From: Coniocarpon cinnabarinum
Taxonomy: Eukaryota
DNA length: 64,000 nt
Assembly: GCA_051942205.1 (NCBI GenBank)
Contig: JAVECO010000048.1
Coordinates: forward strand, 62,001-126,000
Reading direction: 5' to 3'
Position 1 is the first letter of the stretch. Each line of letters begins with the position of its first letter. This document shows positions 1-11,661 of this stretch, piece after piece. A program made the position numbers and the translations under genes. The notes beneath the pieces are model-generated. The model saw only the letters and a list, made by a program, of their open reading frames with translations. It was not told where the DNA came from and ran no database searches.

Positions 1-225
1 CATCTGGCTGCGGCCGCCGGGACCGACGGCCTCTGGGCTTATGAGGGGGTGGTGCTGCCCGGGGGAAATCTCGTCGTGGGGCGGTGGTGGAGTCCCGAGA
101 GTGGGGAGGGGTTGGGGTTTCAGAAGGAGGTGCTCGGGGAGGAGGTTTATTCGGGGCCGTTCATGTGGTGGTGTGTTGAGCCGCGGCCGAAGATTTGGAA
201 GGCCAGTGGGGAGGGCGCGCTGTGA
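1..225 (+). CDS. 3' end of a gene running off the window; conserved fungal protein (C-terminus typical of a fungal F-box-domain family)
   Basis: Frame +1 (not in the ORF track) reads HLAAAAGTDGLWAYEGVVLPGGNLVVGRWWSPE...YSGPFMWW...GEGAL*, with TGA at 223-225. WAYEGVVLPGG..GRWW..SGPF is a C-terminal motif I recall from fungal F-box-type proteins. Confidence 0.75.
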   Translation, partial: HLAAAAGTDGLWAYEGVVLPGGNLVVGRWWSPESGEGLGFQKEVLGEEVYSGPFMWWCVEPRPKIWKASGEGAL

Positions 226-452
226 GTGTGTTGTTTGGGCGGGCTGGATTTCGGTGACGCCTCGTGGGTTCGTCCGTTGGATGCAAAGGCTCGCACCGCG
301 GATGACTGTCTTGTGCATTAGGCTTCACAGACACCAGCCTAATCTGGCTCGACTATCCACGAACATGGCTCTGCAGCATCGACGGATGAATCCACTCAAT
401 CCATCGACACATCCAGGTCGCATCAATCACGACTGACGACTCATCCGCACAC

Positions 453-685
453 TTGCATCACGGAGGCTTTCTGCAGGTTTCACATACCACATGCTTGATT
501 CGTCGACACGTTCACGGCGTGAAGCGAATACGACTCGCCATTTACATGCATTTGCATCACGGAGGCTTTCTGAAGATATCACATACCATACTTTCACTTC
601 ATCGATACGTTCACGGCGTGAAGCGATTCCAACCCACCATCTACATGCACATCTGAATCACGGAGGCTTTCTGAACATCTACGCA
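453..685. repeat. Degenerate ~99-101 bp tandem repeat, ~2.3 copies
   Basis: ATCACGGAGGCTTTCTG recurs at 457, 556 and 657. ACGTTCACGGCGTGAAGCGA recurs at 508 and 607. Confidence 0.9.
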
Positions 686-1290
686 TCACACACACTCATT
701 TAGCTGAGATAGCCGTTCATAGATATCCGTATCACGTTCTTTCCCCTCGCGGACGTCTCAAATCAAAATTTCTCGCTCGACAGATAACCTCCGAGTCCTT
801 GATGGATGAAGCATCTACGATGGCGCTGATGGAGATTGGGCATACATCAAGAATTGCGTTGCTTGACTCGTGGATTCTGTTTCATTATACCCTTTCTACG
901 TTTGTATTACGCTATCTATGCTCGTCAGCGAATACGACGTGCGGTCCGCCTTCTCGTCGTGAATCCACGTGAGCAGCGCTTCTAATCCAGCAGAGACGTG
1001 TTGACGTCTTTCGACGTGCGCTGAGACATCTTGTGTAGCTTGGGAGGTGACGCCGTCTGAGACCTATGGCGACTTCCAATCGGTCGTGACATCGACCGAA
1101 ACGACCTCCCTTGTCCATCTCTCAAGCCAACTTCCGTGACGTTACCCCATCTCACGGCACGAATCCTCTTCTGATCATCTCGCGTCATCGCCACGGTCCT
1201 CGTACGTGTCCCATGTTCATAGCTATCCGCAACATCATCCATTGGTCCTGATGCGGTTTGTATCTCTTTTGACCGACGTCCAAAGGAACT

Positions 1291-2335
1291 CTACTCCTCC
1301 ATCGTCCGCACACATTCCCATCCCCCATCTCTCACTCTCTCCTTCCACAGCGTCACTTTGTTATCGCCACCGCTCACAGCCAGGACATTGCCCGTCAGGC
1401 TCCAGCTCACGCGCCAGATCACGCATTCGAATTTGAGCTCACTGCTTTGCCATGCCTCCGCCTTACTCATGTCGCCCGCATCGCCATGGTACGTCCATAT
1501 TCTGACGGTCTTATCCTGTGAGCCACTGGCGATGTACGTCTTTGACAGGAGAGAAGGCGACCAAGCTACATCTCTGACCCAATCGGAATGCCCCTTTAAC
1601 TCGGTAATGAGGTCGTAATTCCCCGTGCTGTGACTGTATCCCCAGAGCTTCAGGGAGCCATCACTGCCGCCGCTGACGAAGCGGCGCTCGCCATGCGTGG
1701 ACGCGGCGCCGGGCGTTGCGGCGCGCTCGAGGGTTCCGGGGAGGAGTGACGGCGCCCAGGATACGGCGTTGGCGGCGATGGGATGGGCGGGGATGATGGC
1801 CGTGGACCAGGCTGACTGTGGTGGTTGAGCGGTTGAGGGTGTGTCATTGAACGAAAGGACGGAGACGGATCCATCGGACGAGGCGCAGGCTAGATGCGCG
1901 CCCAGTTCATGGGGACTCCACGCAATTGAATTCACGGAAGCGGTATGCAATGCGAAATCCACGAGCCGCGTCCATTGCGGGCCGCCTGCGCCTGATGACG
2001 GGGTTTCCCTCCAGATCACAACTTTACCGTCGTAGGACGAGGAGGCTAAAATGGAGCCGTATTTAGGATGCGCCCAGGCGAGAGCGAAGACGGGGGCGTC
2101 ATGGCCTTTGAGCGTGGAGGAGAGCGTATGGCTGTTGGAGGTGGGATCGACGTCGAAGAGATGGATGGATTTGTCGGAGGAGCAGGTGGCTAGGCGGCGG
2201 CCGTAGTAGTCGAGTTGGGCGTCATGGATCATGTCGGTGTGGTTGTGGTTGGTGATGGTTTGAGTTTGGGACTGTGTGTGCGTTAGTCTTGCGCGTCATA
2301 GAGAGATACTACATACTGTAGTAGGTACATACCAT
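1291..2335 (-). CDS. SEC13: COPII coat / nuclear pore WD40 protein Sec13
   Basis: [32 protein letters not shown] and [10 protein letters not shown] are Sec13 motifs. Exon 1 is the ATG alone (2333-2335), followed by intron 2272-2332 (GTATGT..CTAAC..CAG) and exon 2 at 1291-2271. Confidence 0.97.
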
Positions 2336-2721
2336 TTTGGTGGTGTTTATGAGAAAATGGGAGGCGAGAGAGGAGTGTTGTTCGTAGTTCACTGCTAGGT
2401 CAAAGACATTGGAATTTGGTCGCAGTCCTTTGCGGCCTTGTTTGCGGAGCGATTTGTATCGTTAGCATTGCTATAGACAGGCATTGAGATCATCAGAGGG
2501 CCCGATTAGGCACCTCGGTCCGCTTTCGTCTCTTTCATCAGCATTCGATCACAGCAGTGGCGGACTTGCTTGTGATCTTTAATCGTTTTGGATTCACCTC
2601 TATTCAGCTCTATTGAATGGTATGCTAATGATGCAGTGACGTAGCAAAGCATATTTCAATTCCTTCGATCCTCGAAATACCGTGATCGCCTAAACATCAA
2701 TTTCAATTCTCAGTCTCCGCA

Positions 2722-4209
2722 ATGACCGACGCCCTCTGCGGACCCGCCAATCCGCTGCAGAATTTCCAGAAACACGCACAAGCCGACCGCACCCTTCAGC
2801 AAGATCGTCTTGCTCCTCGACAGCAGCATGGACCGCAGGGTTTTCGCTCTGAAAATCCAGGCAATGCTGGCATGCTGGATGCAGAGTTCGAGGCTTTCCA
2901 AAATGGCCAGCTACCTTTTGCTCACCTGGACGGCCCGCAGCTGGATCAGCAGCGACCGAGATCATTCCAGCCTCCCGTACAAGCTAATGGACCTCATGCC
3001 GGTGGATGGGCAAACGACTTCGCACGAATGCAGATATCTTCGCCTGGGCCGCAAGCGGGGTTTGATGGGTTGCAACAGCATCAGATGGCCCAGCCAACAG
3101 CCGGGGCTTCTCAGTCATGGCACCATGACTTTGCGCAATCACTTCAGAACAAGCCGGCGGCTGCACCGCAACAGCCACCGACCTTTCAGTCTCGCTTTAG
3201 TGGAAGCATGAGAGGTGCCTCGCCGTTCGCGCACATGCAACAGCCGTTTGGCTATCAGCCTTCGACTTTCAGCGGTCCGACCATGTCAAGTGAAGAGCGA
3301 TGGAAAGGCAAGGGCCGCTGGCAGGCTGAAGACAGTCAACAGACTGCAGCGTTCGAAGCGGAGTTCGAGGTGATGGCAAAAGAGCAGCTCCGACAATTGG
3401 ACGACCAGCCGCTGGAGGATGGTGCCATTAAATTCGATACGGTCCAGGATCCGATGGCAAAGGACACCAGCGCTGAACATAACGTTCAGCCGTTCTCGCC
3501 CAGTCTCGCGCCTGAATTAAGCTCTGAGTTCGATTTCAACAAGTTTCTACAGGAGTCAGACATTGACGAGGCGCTTGCGAAGGAGAAGCAAGCGAAGGAT
3601 GAGGCGTACCATGAGGATCAGACGGAGGAACAGCTGCGTGAGATGGACAGTCGATTGTCTGCGAATGGCCTGCTGCCGCGCGGCTGGGCTGGGGAAACGA
3701 TGAAGCACATGCCGAGCGCTAACTCCATGCAACCGATCTATCCGGCGGCCGCACAGGAACCACCTCGAGACTCACAACAACAGCAGAAATCCAATACGGA
3801 CGTCGACGCCGATCTCGCGCACACCGCCGGCGTCCTCCTTCACAGCGTATCCGATAACCAATCCCCCAAATTTCAAAACAGCACCTTTCTGTGCTTTATG
3901 CGCCAACTCCGCGATCACGAAGTCAAAGTCGACGGCGACAAGGTCGTGGACGTTCCACAACCACAGCCCCAAGCCGAAATAGCTTCATCATCACCGCAGC
4001 AAGAAGAAAAGGTGCGTCGACCTGATGATGACCCTGCTCCTGCAGTTCAGCGTCAAGAATACCTCCAGCAGTACCCCTTTGGTGGGGTTGCGGCGTCAGG
4101 ACCTGCGCTGACGAGAACGCTATCTGTAGGATCGGGCTTCAGAGCAAAACAGGGACGCCGATTTGGGACGGTTCAGACCGGAGAACAGGTCAGAGCCCGT
4201 GATGTCTGA
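2722..4209 (+). CDS. PEX20: PTS2 co-receptor peroxin Pex20
   Basis: N-terminus MTDALCGPANPLQNFQKH has the conserved Cys6. WxxxF motifs WANDF and WHHDF are present, as is the Pex7-binding-type block KFQNSTFLCFMRQLRDHEVKVDGDKVV. The 3' end is uncertain because of a probable intron at 4012-4129. Confidence 0.9.
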   Translation: MTDALCGPANPLQNFQKHAQADRTLQQDRLAPRQQHGPQGFRSENPGNAGMLDAEFEAFQNGQLPFAHLDGPQLDQQRPRSFQPPVQANGPHAGGWANDFARMQISSPGPQAGFDGLQQHQMAQPTAGASQSWHHDFAQSLQNKPAAAPQQPPTFQSRFSGSMRGASPFAHMQQPFGYQPSTFSGPTMSSEERWKGKGRWQAEDSQQTAAFEAEFEVMAKEQLRQLDDQPLEDGAIKFDTVQDPMAKDTSAEHNVQPFSPSLAPELSSEFDFNKFLQESDIDEALAKEKQAKDEAYHEDQTEEQLREMDSRLSANGLLPRGWAGETMKHMPSANSMQPIYPAAAQEPPRDSQQQQKSNTDVDADLAHTAGVLLHSVSDNQSPKFQNSTFLCFMRQLRDHEVKVDGDKVVDVPQPQPQAEIASSSPQQEEKVRRPDDDPAPAVQRQEYLQQYPFGGVAASGPALTRTLSVGSGFRAKQGRRFGTVQTGEQVRARDV

Positions 4210-5317
4210 GGATGCGGCGGCGCCGAGGAAGATGCTAGCGTCGGAGTGGGCGAACATGAAGAATAGACCACCGCCGAGTAATGCGTATGTGGAGGATGTT
4301 GCTGATCAGATGGGTAAGTCGTCTCATTTCACCTGAAGCCAGAACTGCAAGCGTTTCTGCGCGACCTAAAGTTACAGCATTCCCTCATTGCGCTCAATAG
4401 ATACGTTCCGGCTGCATGCAAGATCATTGCCGACTTGCTCCCTCGTTCCTGCTGTTGGGCCTGCACTTGCATCGGACGAGTTAATATAGTAGCGGTACAC
4501 GCTACGCACACGTGACGAGGGAAGCGTGTACATATTGTCAAAGTTTCCACTCAATTCTACTTTATGCACTTCACTTTCAAGCAACATCTGGTAACAATAT
4601 TGCAGGTCTCTCACGCGCCGTCACAGACGCATGGATGCGTCAAGACTCGTACATGCGCCCCGGCGGCCATCCAGTCGACGACTTTTGACTCTCTAGGCCC
4701 GACTCCATCAGCACGCGACCGCACCTAGATGAGCCTCTTGACTTGGCCACTCCATCCGCGGATGATGCATCTGAAGTGCTGAATCATGATAATGCGATTG
4801 GATCTGATGACGACGTGTGGTTGCAGTGGGCCAGAGCTGTGGAGAAAAGTGCGTGATCTTTGGATCATGGAAGCGTTTGGATCGTGAAGGCGCGATGCTG
4901 TGGAGTCTGCTTGCGCAACAATGCAGTGGCTCTTTGGAAATGATGGAAGGGGTATTGCTATCTAGTGGATGATCTAGATAGTCATTACTTGAGAACCTTG
5001 CTGGCAGTCTCAATCAATTCTGTCTCTACCATCTGCTACCTTGTTGCGTTCGTTGATCGTGCCTTTCCTGCTCCTGGATCGCCCAGGAGGAGCTGTTCCG
5101 CGCCAGGTACGGCATTGAAGCCAAGAAGAAGCTGGCCAAACTGCGTGCACAGGACATCCAGAAATTAGACCGACAGCCATCACAGGACCAGAAAGCGTAT
5201 ATTAGCTCTGAGTGGCGCTGACGCGCTTCCTATTAGTGCGCGCAACAAATCCATCTATTGCCAGGCTCACCTTCAGCAAACAGCACTCTAATACACTACC
5301 CAAGTCCATCATCCACT

Positions 5318-6486
5318 TCACCTCCCCTCCGGCGCCCCCTCCCGGATCCACTTCCCAATCAACTCCTTCTGCTCCCCAACCACACTCATCCCCTCCCACT
5401 GTCCCTTCTCCCCCTTCAAGCCCCTCACAGCGCGTTCCACATTCTCAATACACCACTCCTCCATCGCCTCCTGCGTCTCCTTCGTCCAAGTCCCCATGTG
5501 CGGCAGCAGAAACGCGCGCTCATGCTTCACCAGCCCGGGATGCACCTTCGGCTCTTCTTCGTACACATCCAGTCCCGCGCTTTTGATGTGGCCCTGGTTC
5601 AAGGCATCGACGAGTGCCGCTTCGTCGATGACAGCGCCTCGTGCTGTATTAACGATGCATTGACCCTTTTTGCACTTCGCGAGTTCAGCCGCTCCAAGCA
5701 GATGTCGTGTTTGACTGTTGAGAGGGACGTGAACGCTGAGGATGTCGCTTTGAGCCAGTAGCTCGTCCAAAGAGACATATGTGGCGCCTTCGGTTTCGGA
5801 ACTGGGAAGCGGTTTCCGGTTGTGATACAGCACTTTCATACCAAAAGGCTTGCACTTCCTCACCAGATTCCGTCCAATGCCACCCATGCCCAGGATTCCG
5901 AGTGTTTTACCCTCGGGGTCATTACCCAGCGTCGGCGGCGGATCGCCCCGCCACTTACCGTCTGCCAGTGCAAATTGCGTCGACTGAAACCGCAGTGCGC
6001 CCAGCATTAGGAACAGTGCCGTGTCTGCCGTCGCATCATCAACAGCTGTAGGCACATTCGTAGCCACGATGTTATTGGCCGTCAATGCGTCAGTGGAAAG
6101 CTGATCGTAGCCTGCGCCGTTGTGCGCGACGAAGCGGAGGGACGTGGGCAGTGCGGCGCAGAGGTCGGAATCCCAGGGACCGGTTTGAGACGCGGAACCG
6201 AAGGTGCGGTAGGCGGCTGTGACGCCTGTGTATTGTCCCGCGTGGCATTCTTTCAAGAAGGAAGCGCGGTCGGGTGCATTGGTTGTGATTGTTTCGGCGA
6301 GGGGGGTAATGTGATTTTGCCAGAAGGTTGAGGCGCTGTGGTGGATGGTTGAATTAGTCGGGATGGGGGTATGGTCTTGTGGGATGGTAGGTAGAGGAGG
6401 GATATGCAATGGTAAGGAGGGTCTGCGACGTACTGGTCTAATGTACCTAGGAGAAGGACCTTGGGCTTGGTTGGTGAATTCTTCAT
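5318..6486 (-). CDS. D-isomer-specific 2-hydroxyacid dehydrogenase (glyoxylate reductase-like)
   Basis: GILGMGGIG Rossmann motif and the NTARG, DVYEEEP and PHMG motifs. Exon 1 MKNSPTKPKVLLLGTLDH is joined by intron 6336-6433 (GTACGT..CTAAT..CAG). Confidence 0.93.
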
Positions 6487-7538
6487 ATTGTACGTGTCTC
6501 GAGTTGTGTCCATGCGCGCTTATGCTTAAACCTCGCTGAAGGTATGCTTTCTTCCGTGATGGTTTTTACTTCAAGAGATCGCTTGGAGCTCTTTACGATG
6601 GTTACCTTTGAATACGCATGGCTTGCGAAGAATTTATGAGAAGCCGAAGTTTCAAGCTCAACTTTTTCTTTTTTAGCAGCACTGTTTACACTTCGGAGCC
6701 GTGACGCCGACCAAAAAAATGACATATCTCGGGAGATCATTATCGAGTCGGAGCTTGCTCGGCCGGAAGAGATACGCAAGCGAGGGAGAGGATTAGCATG
6801 GCTGAAAGGGGAATGGCAATCCGTGACACATGACGCGATACTGTCAGGCAGCCGACATTTGCATGGGATGATGCCGTCAGTAACGGTATAGGCGGGTAAG
6901 GTAAGATGTTTCAGTCATAGCAGAGGCCGTGTGCGACACTGTGTCTAGAAAGCATCCCGACCCACTCATTTGAAGCAGAAAGAAGCGATGAAGATGGCGT
7001 GGGCGCAAGAAAATGGTTGTCAGAGTGTGCACACAAGCGACAGCCCACGAGATGCACATGTCTGCTCTTTTGACGAGTGAAGAGAGAGGCCGCGGTGTGA
7101 GGCCCACAGGCGAGAGACCATGTGGACGTAAGCACTTGCTAGGGAATAGCAGATGTTGATGGCTATTCGTACCCAACAATATTCAGATGTGCAGGATTCA
7201 AACATGGGTATGCGAGGGTTGGGTAGAAAAAAGCGAGTGGCTCGACGCTCGACGCAGGTGATCAGCACGTCCAGTAACACTTGCTTCTGATTTACCCCTT
7301 AAAATCCATGTGATAGCGCCGCACCAGACGTACGCAGAGCGAGAAGGATTCTGCTCGGAACTGCCTCTCTGCGTCTACAGAGCGTAGCCCCCCGCCGCAG
7401 CGCCTTTAAATGTTGCATTTCGAAATTCAGTGTAGATATATCGCACCATATGCAAGATGCGACCAGCTGACACGCATCGCCTCGCCGCTCTATACCATCA
7501 CCAACTTTAATGATGCATCTTCAACCCATTTTCAAATC

Positions 7539-8877
7539 CTACAGCAACTGCCAGTGGCTCAACCCGGTCAATAACATCCCACAAATGCGCTGAATGACCT
7601 GCGTAGTCCCCGCTCCGCTTGCCTCATCCTCCAGGAACTTCTTCGCCACCGCAACTCGCATGCGCTCTACTTGACCGTCCGGTGCAATCCCCTCAGCTCG
7701 CGCAATGGCTTGCAGATGACGCGGTCCGAGGTGTCGAAGGACCGCCATGCTGTATAATACGTCGCGATTCTCGAGACCGTCGAGAACGAGCTTCATCTGC
7801 GCAAGGGCATTGCTGGCGTTGTCGAAGGCATTGGACCAGCTCGGAACGCCGTACTGGGGATTGCATAGAGTGGCGTGCGTGATGCATTCGCCGAGGAACT
7901 TCCAGAAGTGTGACTGGCGTGTGTCCATACCTGGTTGGGGCAGTCCGCCGAGTGAGGTGGGCGATGATTGGATCACACGTCCAGTGAGAAGACAGTCCAG
8001 CACATGCAGACGAGAGATGACCTGAGCAAATCAGTCGAGCACTTGTTGAGATGAATGTAGTTGCTCGTAGACAGGGAGGATTGGTTGCACGCAAATAGAC
8101 ATGTCACTTACCGTTTGCAGTTCTGTGTCACCTGGGTTGGGATTTGCCACCTTCATCGGCAGCAGCATCAATTCAGTCACGAGCTTCCTCTCCGTCGGTG
8201 GAAGGCGGATGTACTCGTCGAAGTTATTGTTCTTGGTAGAGCTGAACAGCTCCAACGTGCCGGCGAACTGCTGCTGAAGTTGAAAGTTCGCGAACAGTCG
8301 GTCTAGCCCATTGGTGGTATACCATTGTGTCTCGAGCAACTTATTGAGGCCGTCGGCGTATTCATGCATGTACATATACTTTATTTCCTCACGCATATGC
8401 TGATCGACGGTATTGCTGCGTGGCGTTGGGAACTCGGTACCACCAATTTTACACAGGTCGTGGAGAGATGGAGGCCCTACACGATACGAGATTGGTGTCA
8501 ATCCGGGCAGTCCAGGATAGAGATTCGGCAGGCTAATGGGGAACATGTTTACACGTGCATGTACGCGAGGGAGATTGAGACGCACCTGTCGGTTTGCGCG
8601 GTCTATTCACAGGTGTCGGAGGTGCAGGTGGTTCTTTGGTGTCAACACTAGGCAGATCAGATCGCGTTGTAGCGACCGCTATTTCTGAATTCGAAGAACC
8701 AATATTACTGTTTGTCGAAGGTCGATTGGTTTCAGAAGCAGCACCCGTCAATGATGGTAGAACAGGAGCTGCTGGTCCGCTGAGCTGAGATGCAGCTTGA
8801 TCTGGTTTGTTCAAAGCATCTTGGGGCATGGCGTTGTCACCGGACTTTGCCCCGTCTGCAGGGCCAGTCATGGTCAT
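7539..8877 (-). CDS. Conserved fungal protein, similar to the C-terminal region of putative Zn2Cys6 transcription factors
   Basis: Three ORF pieces join through introns 8477-8585 (GTGCGT..TTGAC..TAG) and 8022-8111 (GTAAGT..CTGAT..CAG). Motifs LDGLENRDVLYSMAV and FLEDEASGAGTTQVIQRICGM are present. Confidence 0.75.
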
Positions 8878-9472
8878 ATTTGGGCACGCTGATTATGCGA
8901 GACGGCAGATGCAAGTGGTGCGGATTCAGGTGACTCGATAATGCAGATGTGTTTGCTCTGGTATCATCGTGCTGCAAAAGCCTCGGCCTCTCAGGCAATC
9001 TCGCGCATGCATTCGCAAATCCTGCTTCAAGCGCGTCATACATCAATCATGGCAACGATGTTAGGTCCTTCCGTGCACAGGATTGTTTTGCTCCGTGTGC
9101 TTGGTACAAAAAAAGACGCGTGATGTTCATCTCGGAGCTCTGAGCCGACTACCGACCCAAGTGTTCCCGAATTTCCATTCTGGGTCCCGCCTCTCGCATC
9201 ACGAAAGACATATTTACTCTCGCAAGCATGCATGCAAATTTTCGTAAATAGGTGAATGATGGGTCTTCTTAACATTTCTCCATGACATCGTGGATAGCGG
9301 GATGCTAATTGCAATAATCAAGCGCAGCCCCAGCCCGCCATGCCATTTGTGAGTGGTAATATACTCACCATTGGACCATTCCAAGAAATGGATCTGAGAA
9401 GCGACCATGCTCTGCAGCTGCGTCCATCGATGCCATCATCCTTGACACTTCACTCATTTCATTGTCCATCCC

Positions 9473-9863
9473 CTAGATGATCTCCTCCCACGGGGTATCC
9501 GCTGGTGCAATCAACGCAGGATCGCCATATCTCGCTACACCAGGTCGTCAACATCTAAGCTTCAAACAATTCCTATCCCTTTCACTCACCGCCAACGTAA
9601 TTATCTCGCTGCACAATGGAGTCATAGGAGCGTTGAATCTCATCAAACGCTCTCTTGCTTTTCCACGCGTAACCAGGGGCATCTTCCTCCCGCTCCCATT
9701 GATATCCAGATCGGTGATGGACGTGCTTTGTGGTCGGTTGCTCGGCCACCTTCTTTGCGGTGTTGGAAGTCATGGCGACCTGAGGTGCGGAAGAAGAGCC
9801 CGCGGGAGGAGTGACGATTTCCTGAGGCTCGGGAGTCAGCATCTTGGAGTGAGAGCGTTTCAT
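9473..9863 (-). CDS. Small conserved hypothetical protein (~111 aa)
   Basis: GYQWEREEDAPGYAW motif. Intron 9535-9589 (GTGAGT..TTGAC..TAG) gives the C-terminus ARYGDPALIAPADTPWEEII*. Confidence 0.75.
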
Positions 9864-10569
9864 GCCGATCGTGGTGGTTGAGGTAAGAGAAGGGAAGATT
9901 GAGCGGGTAGCACGTAGAAGTCATGAGCACAGGGAGAAGCAGAAGGTACAGTCGGGCTTGCGGTATGATGCCGAAACTGCGGCAATTTGCGGGTAGTTGC
10001 CTAGCTAAACGCTTCTTACCATTGGCATGGATCGGTCTTCTTGTGATGCCTGCGGAGTAATCGAAGAAGCCATCAGAATTGCGACTGAGTCACACCTCAA
10101 AATTTGCAAGCAAGGGCTATAGCTTCAGTACGACCAGGCTTCCTATCCAATGATGCTAAGAAACGTGATTCCAGATACTCTCTGTACGACTTTAGCATAC
10201 AGATCCACTAGGGGCTGAAATACGCTAGTGTACCAGCGCCTAAGCCGCCTAGCCCTGTCGTTGCACTACCAGATACCACCTAAGCCTGTCTACTTGAGGT
10301 TTGTAAGGTCGCTACGGAGTTCTTCGGGGTTCGTCCAACAGCAAGCGTGCAAGCGGCACAAGCTCTGCATCTGGCATGCCGCGTGGATCTAGACCTCGTC
10401 TCTCCCTATGCTTTCCCATACATAAGTCGAAGGTGCCATGTGACCCGACCAGGCTTGAATAAAGCATAGCTTTGAACGAGGCTTTATGCCACCTATTGAG
10501 AACTTACGCATCCAGGTGCTACCAGAGTAGACTATCCGCAAATTAAGCAGTACAAACGCTTCGCAAGCG

Positions 10570-11322
10570 ATGGACTCGTCCAATCTAGCCATTGAGCTGC
10601 TCGGAGAGAAGGATATTGATAGCGCTATCACGTGCATTCAACAGGCCTTTGCCGACGATCCTTACAGCAACTGGGTGTTTGATAAGCGCGTGTTCTCCAA
10701 AGAGCGCAACCATGCCTCGCTAAGGACACGCTGCATATGGGGCATGAAGTATGCTCAGTTCTACGTTGCGAAGAATGCAGATGCTGCAGAAGGGACTAGC
10801 AACGTTCTTGGAGTCGCCATGTGGCAGCCACCGTCAATAGCACGACCATCGCCCCGATCGACGTGGCGTCAATACCTGATGAGCTTCGTCTCGCCATCAG
10901 CTTGGAGTGATTGGACCTCTAACCAAGCGAGTGCGTGGAGTTTGTGGGGTGCCCAACTTCAGACAAATCTTCGGCATGGGCGAGGCGGCCTCATCGTGCG
11001 ACGATATTGGATTTGGAAAGATGCTCAAGCTGAAGCGCAACAATCACTTTGGCAAGACCCTGATGGATATTATTTTTGCAATATCATCACAGTGTCGCCC
11101 GACGCTCAGGGCAAAGGCGTTGGGCGAGCGCTCATGGATGTGGTGCTGAAACGAGCTGATGCAGAGGGGAGAAGATGCTATTTGGAGAGCAGTCGTGATG
11201 TTCCCAACGTCAGTATCTATGAGCGCATGGGGTTCATGGTGGTCAGGACCATGCAATGTCAGGATGGCGAGAAGGATAAGGGGGTGAAGCTATTCTGCAT
11301 GATGCGGGAGCCAGAGCGCTGA
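10570..11322 (+). CDS. GNAT-family N-acetyltransferase
   Basis: Acetyl-CoA motif VSPDAQGKGVGRALM and CYLESS..NVSIYERMGF. Confidence 0.92.
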   Translation: MDSSNLAIELLGEKDIDSAITCIQQAFADDPYSNWVFDKRVFSKERNHASLRTRCIWGMKYAQFYVAKNADAAEGTSNVLGVAMWQPPSIARPSPRSTWRQYLMSFVSPSAWSDWTSNQASAWSLWGAQLQTNLRHGRGGLIVRRYWIWKDAQAEAQQSLWQDPDGYYFCNIITVSPDAQGKGVGRALMDVVLKRADAEGRRCYLESSRDVPNVSIYERMGFMVVRTMQCQDGEKDKGVKLFCMMREPER

Positions 11323-11661
11323 GAACCAGTCAATAGCTTGCTGTTGCTAAAGACTGGGTGAAACCATGATCAAGACCTTTTGTCGTGCTTGTTTCAATAA
11401 CGACCGAGGTGAGTGTCGTCGGTTGAGGAAAAGCAGTGAGGAATTTCGCCGCCAAGGTTTGGGCGCTTAGCGCTTGCAACCCGCCCGGATCCGGGGACCA
11501 GCATCCCATTGCCGCGGCTTCTAGCCCCACCAGTGCTCGATCTTCTGCCTCTCAATCTTTACCAATTGCTCAGACACTGGTGACTGGGTACATCTGAACT
11601 CCACACTCAGATCTGTCCTTCCAGGCATCTCACTGCCTAGTTAGCCCTCTTTGTGTCCACA

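Noticed and set aside
41..436. 131-aa Arg/Gly-rich ORF
   Set aside because: It is an off-frame shadow of the real frame +1 C-terminus ending at 225.
453..685. Repeat as a CRISPR-like array
   Set aside because: The context is eukaryotic, there are only ~2.3 units, the spacers are homologous to each other, and there are no cas genes.
4750..5010. TGATG/CTGA words suggesting a C/D-box snoRNA
   Set aside because: I could identify no clean RTGATGA..CTGA pair with a terminal stem and no rRNA guide.
5300..5320. Cryptic peroxisomal targeting by stop read-through of the dehydrogenase, prompted by the neighbouring PEX20
   Set aside because: The stop context is TGA AGT GGA TGA, with no TGA-CTA motif and no SKL-like extension.
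5212..5761. Pro/Ser-rich + strand ORFs
   Set aside because: They are antisense shadows of the dehydrogenase gene.
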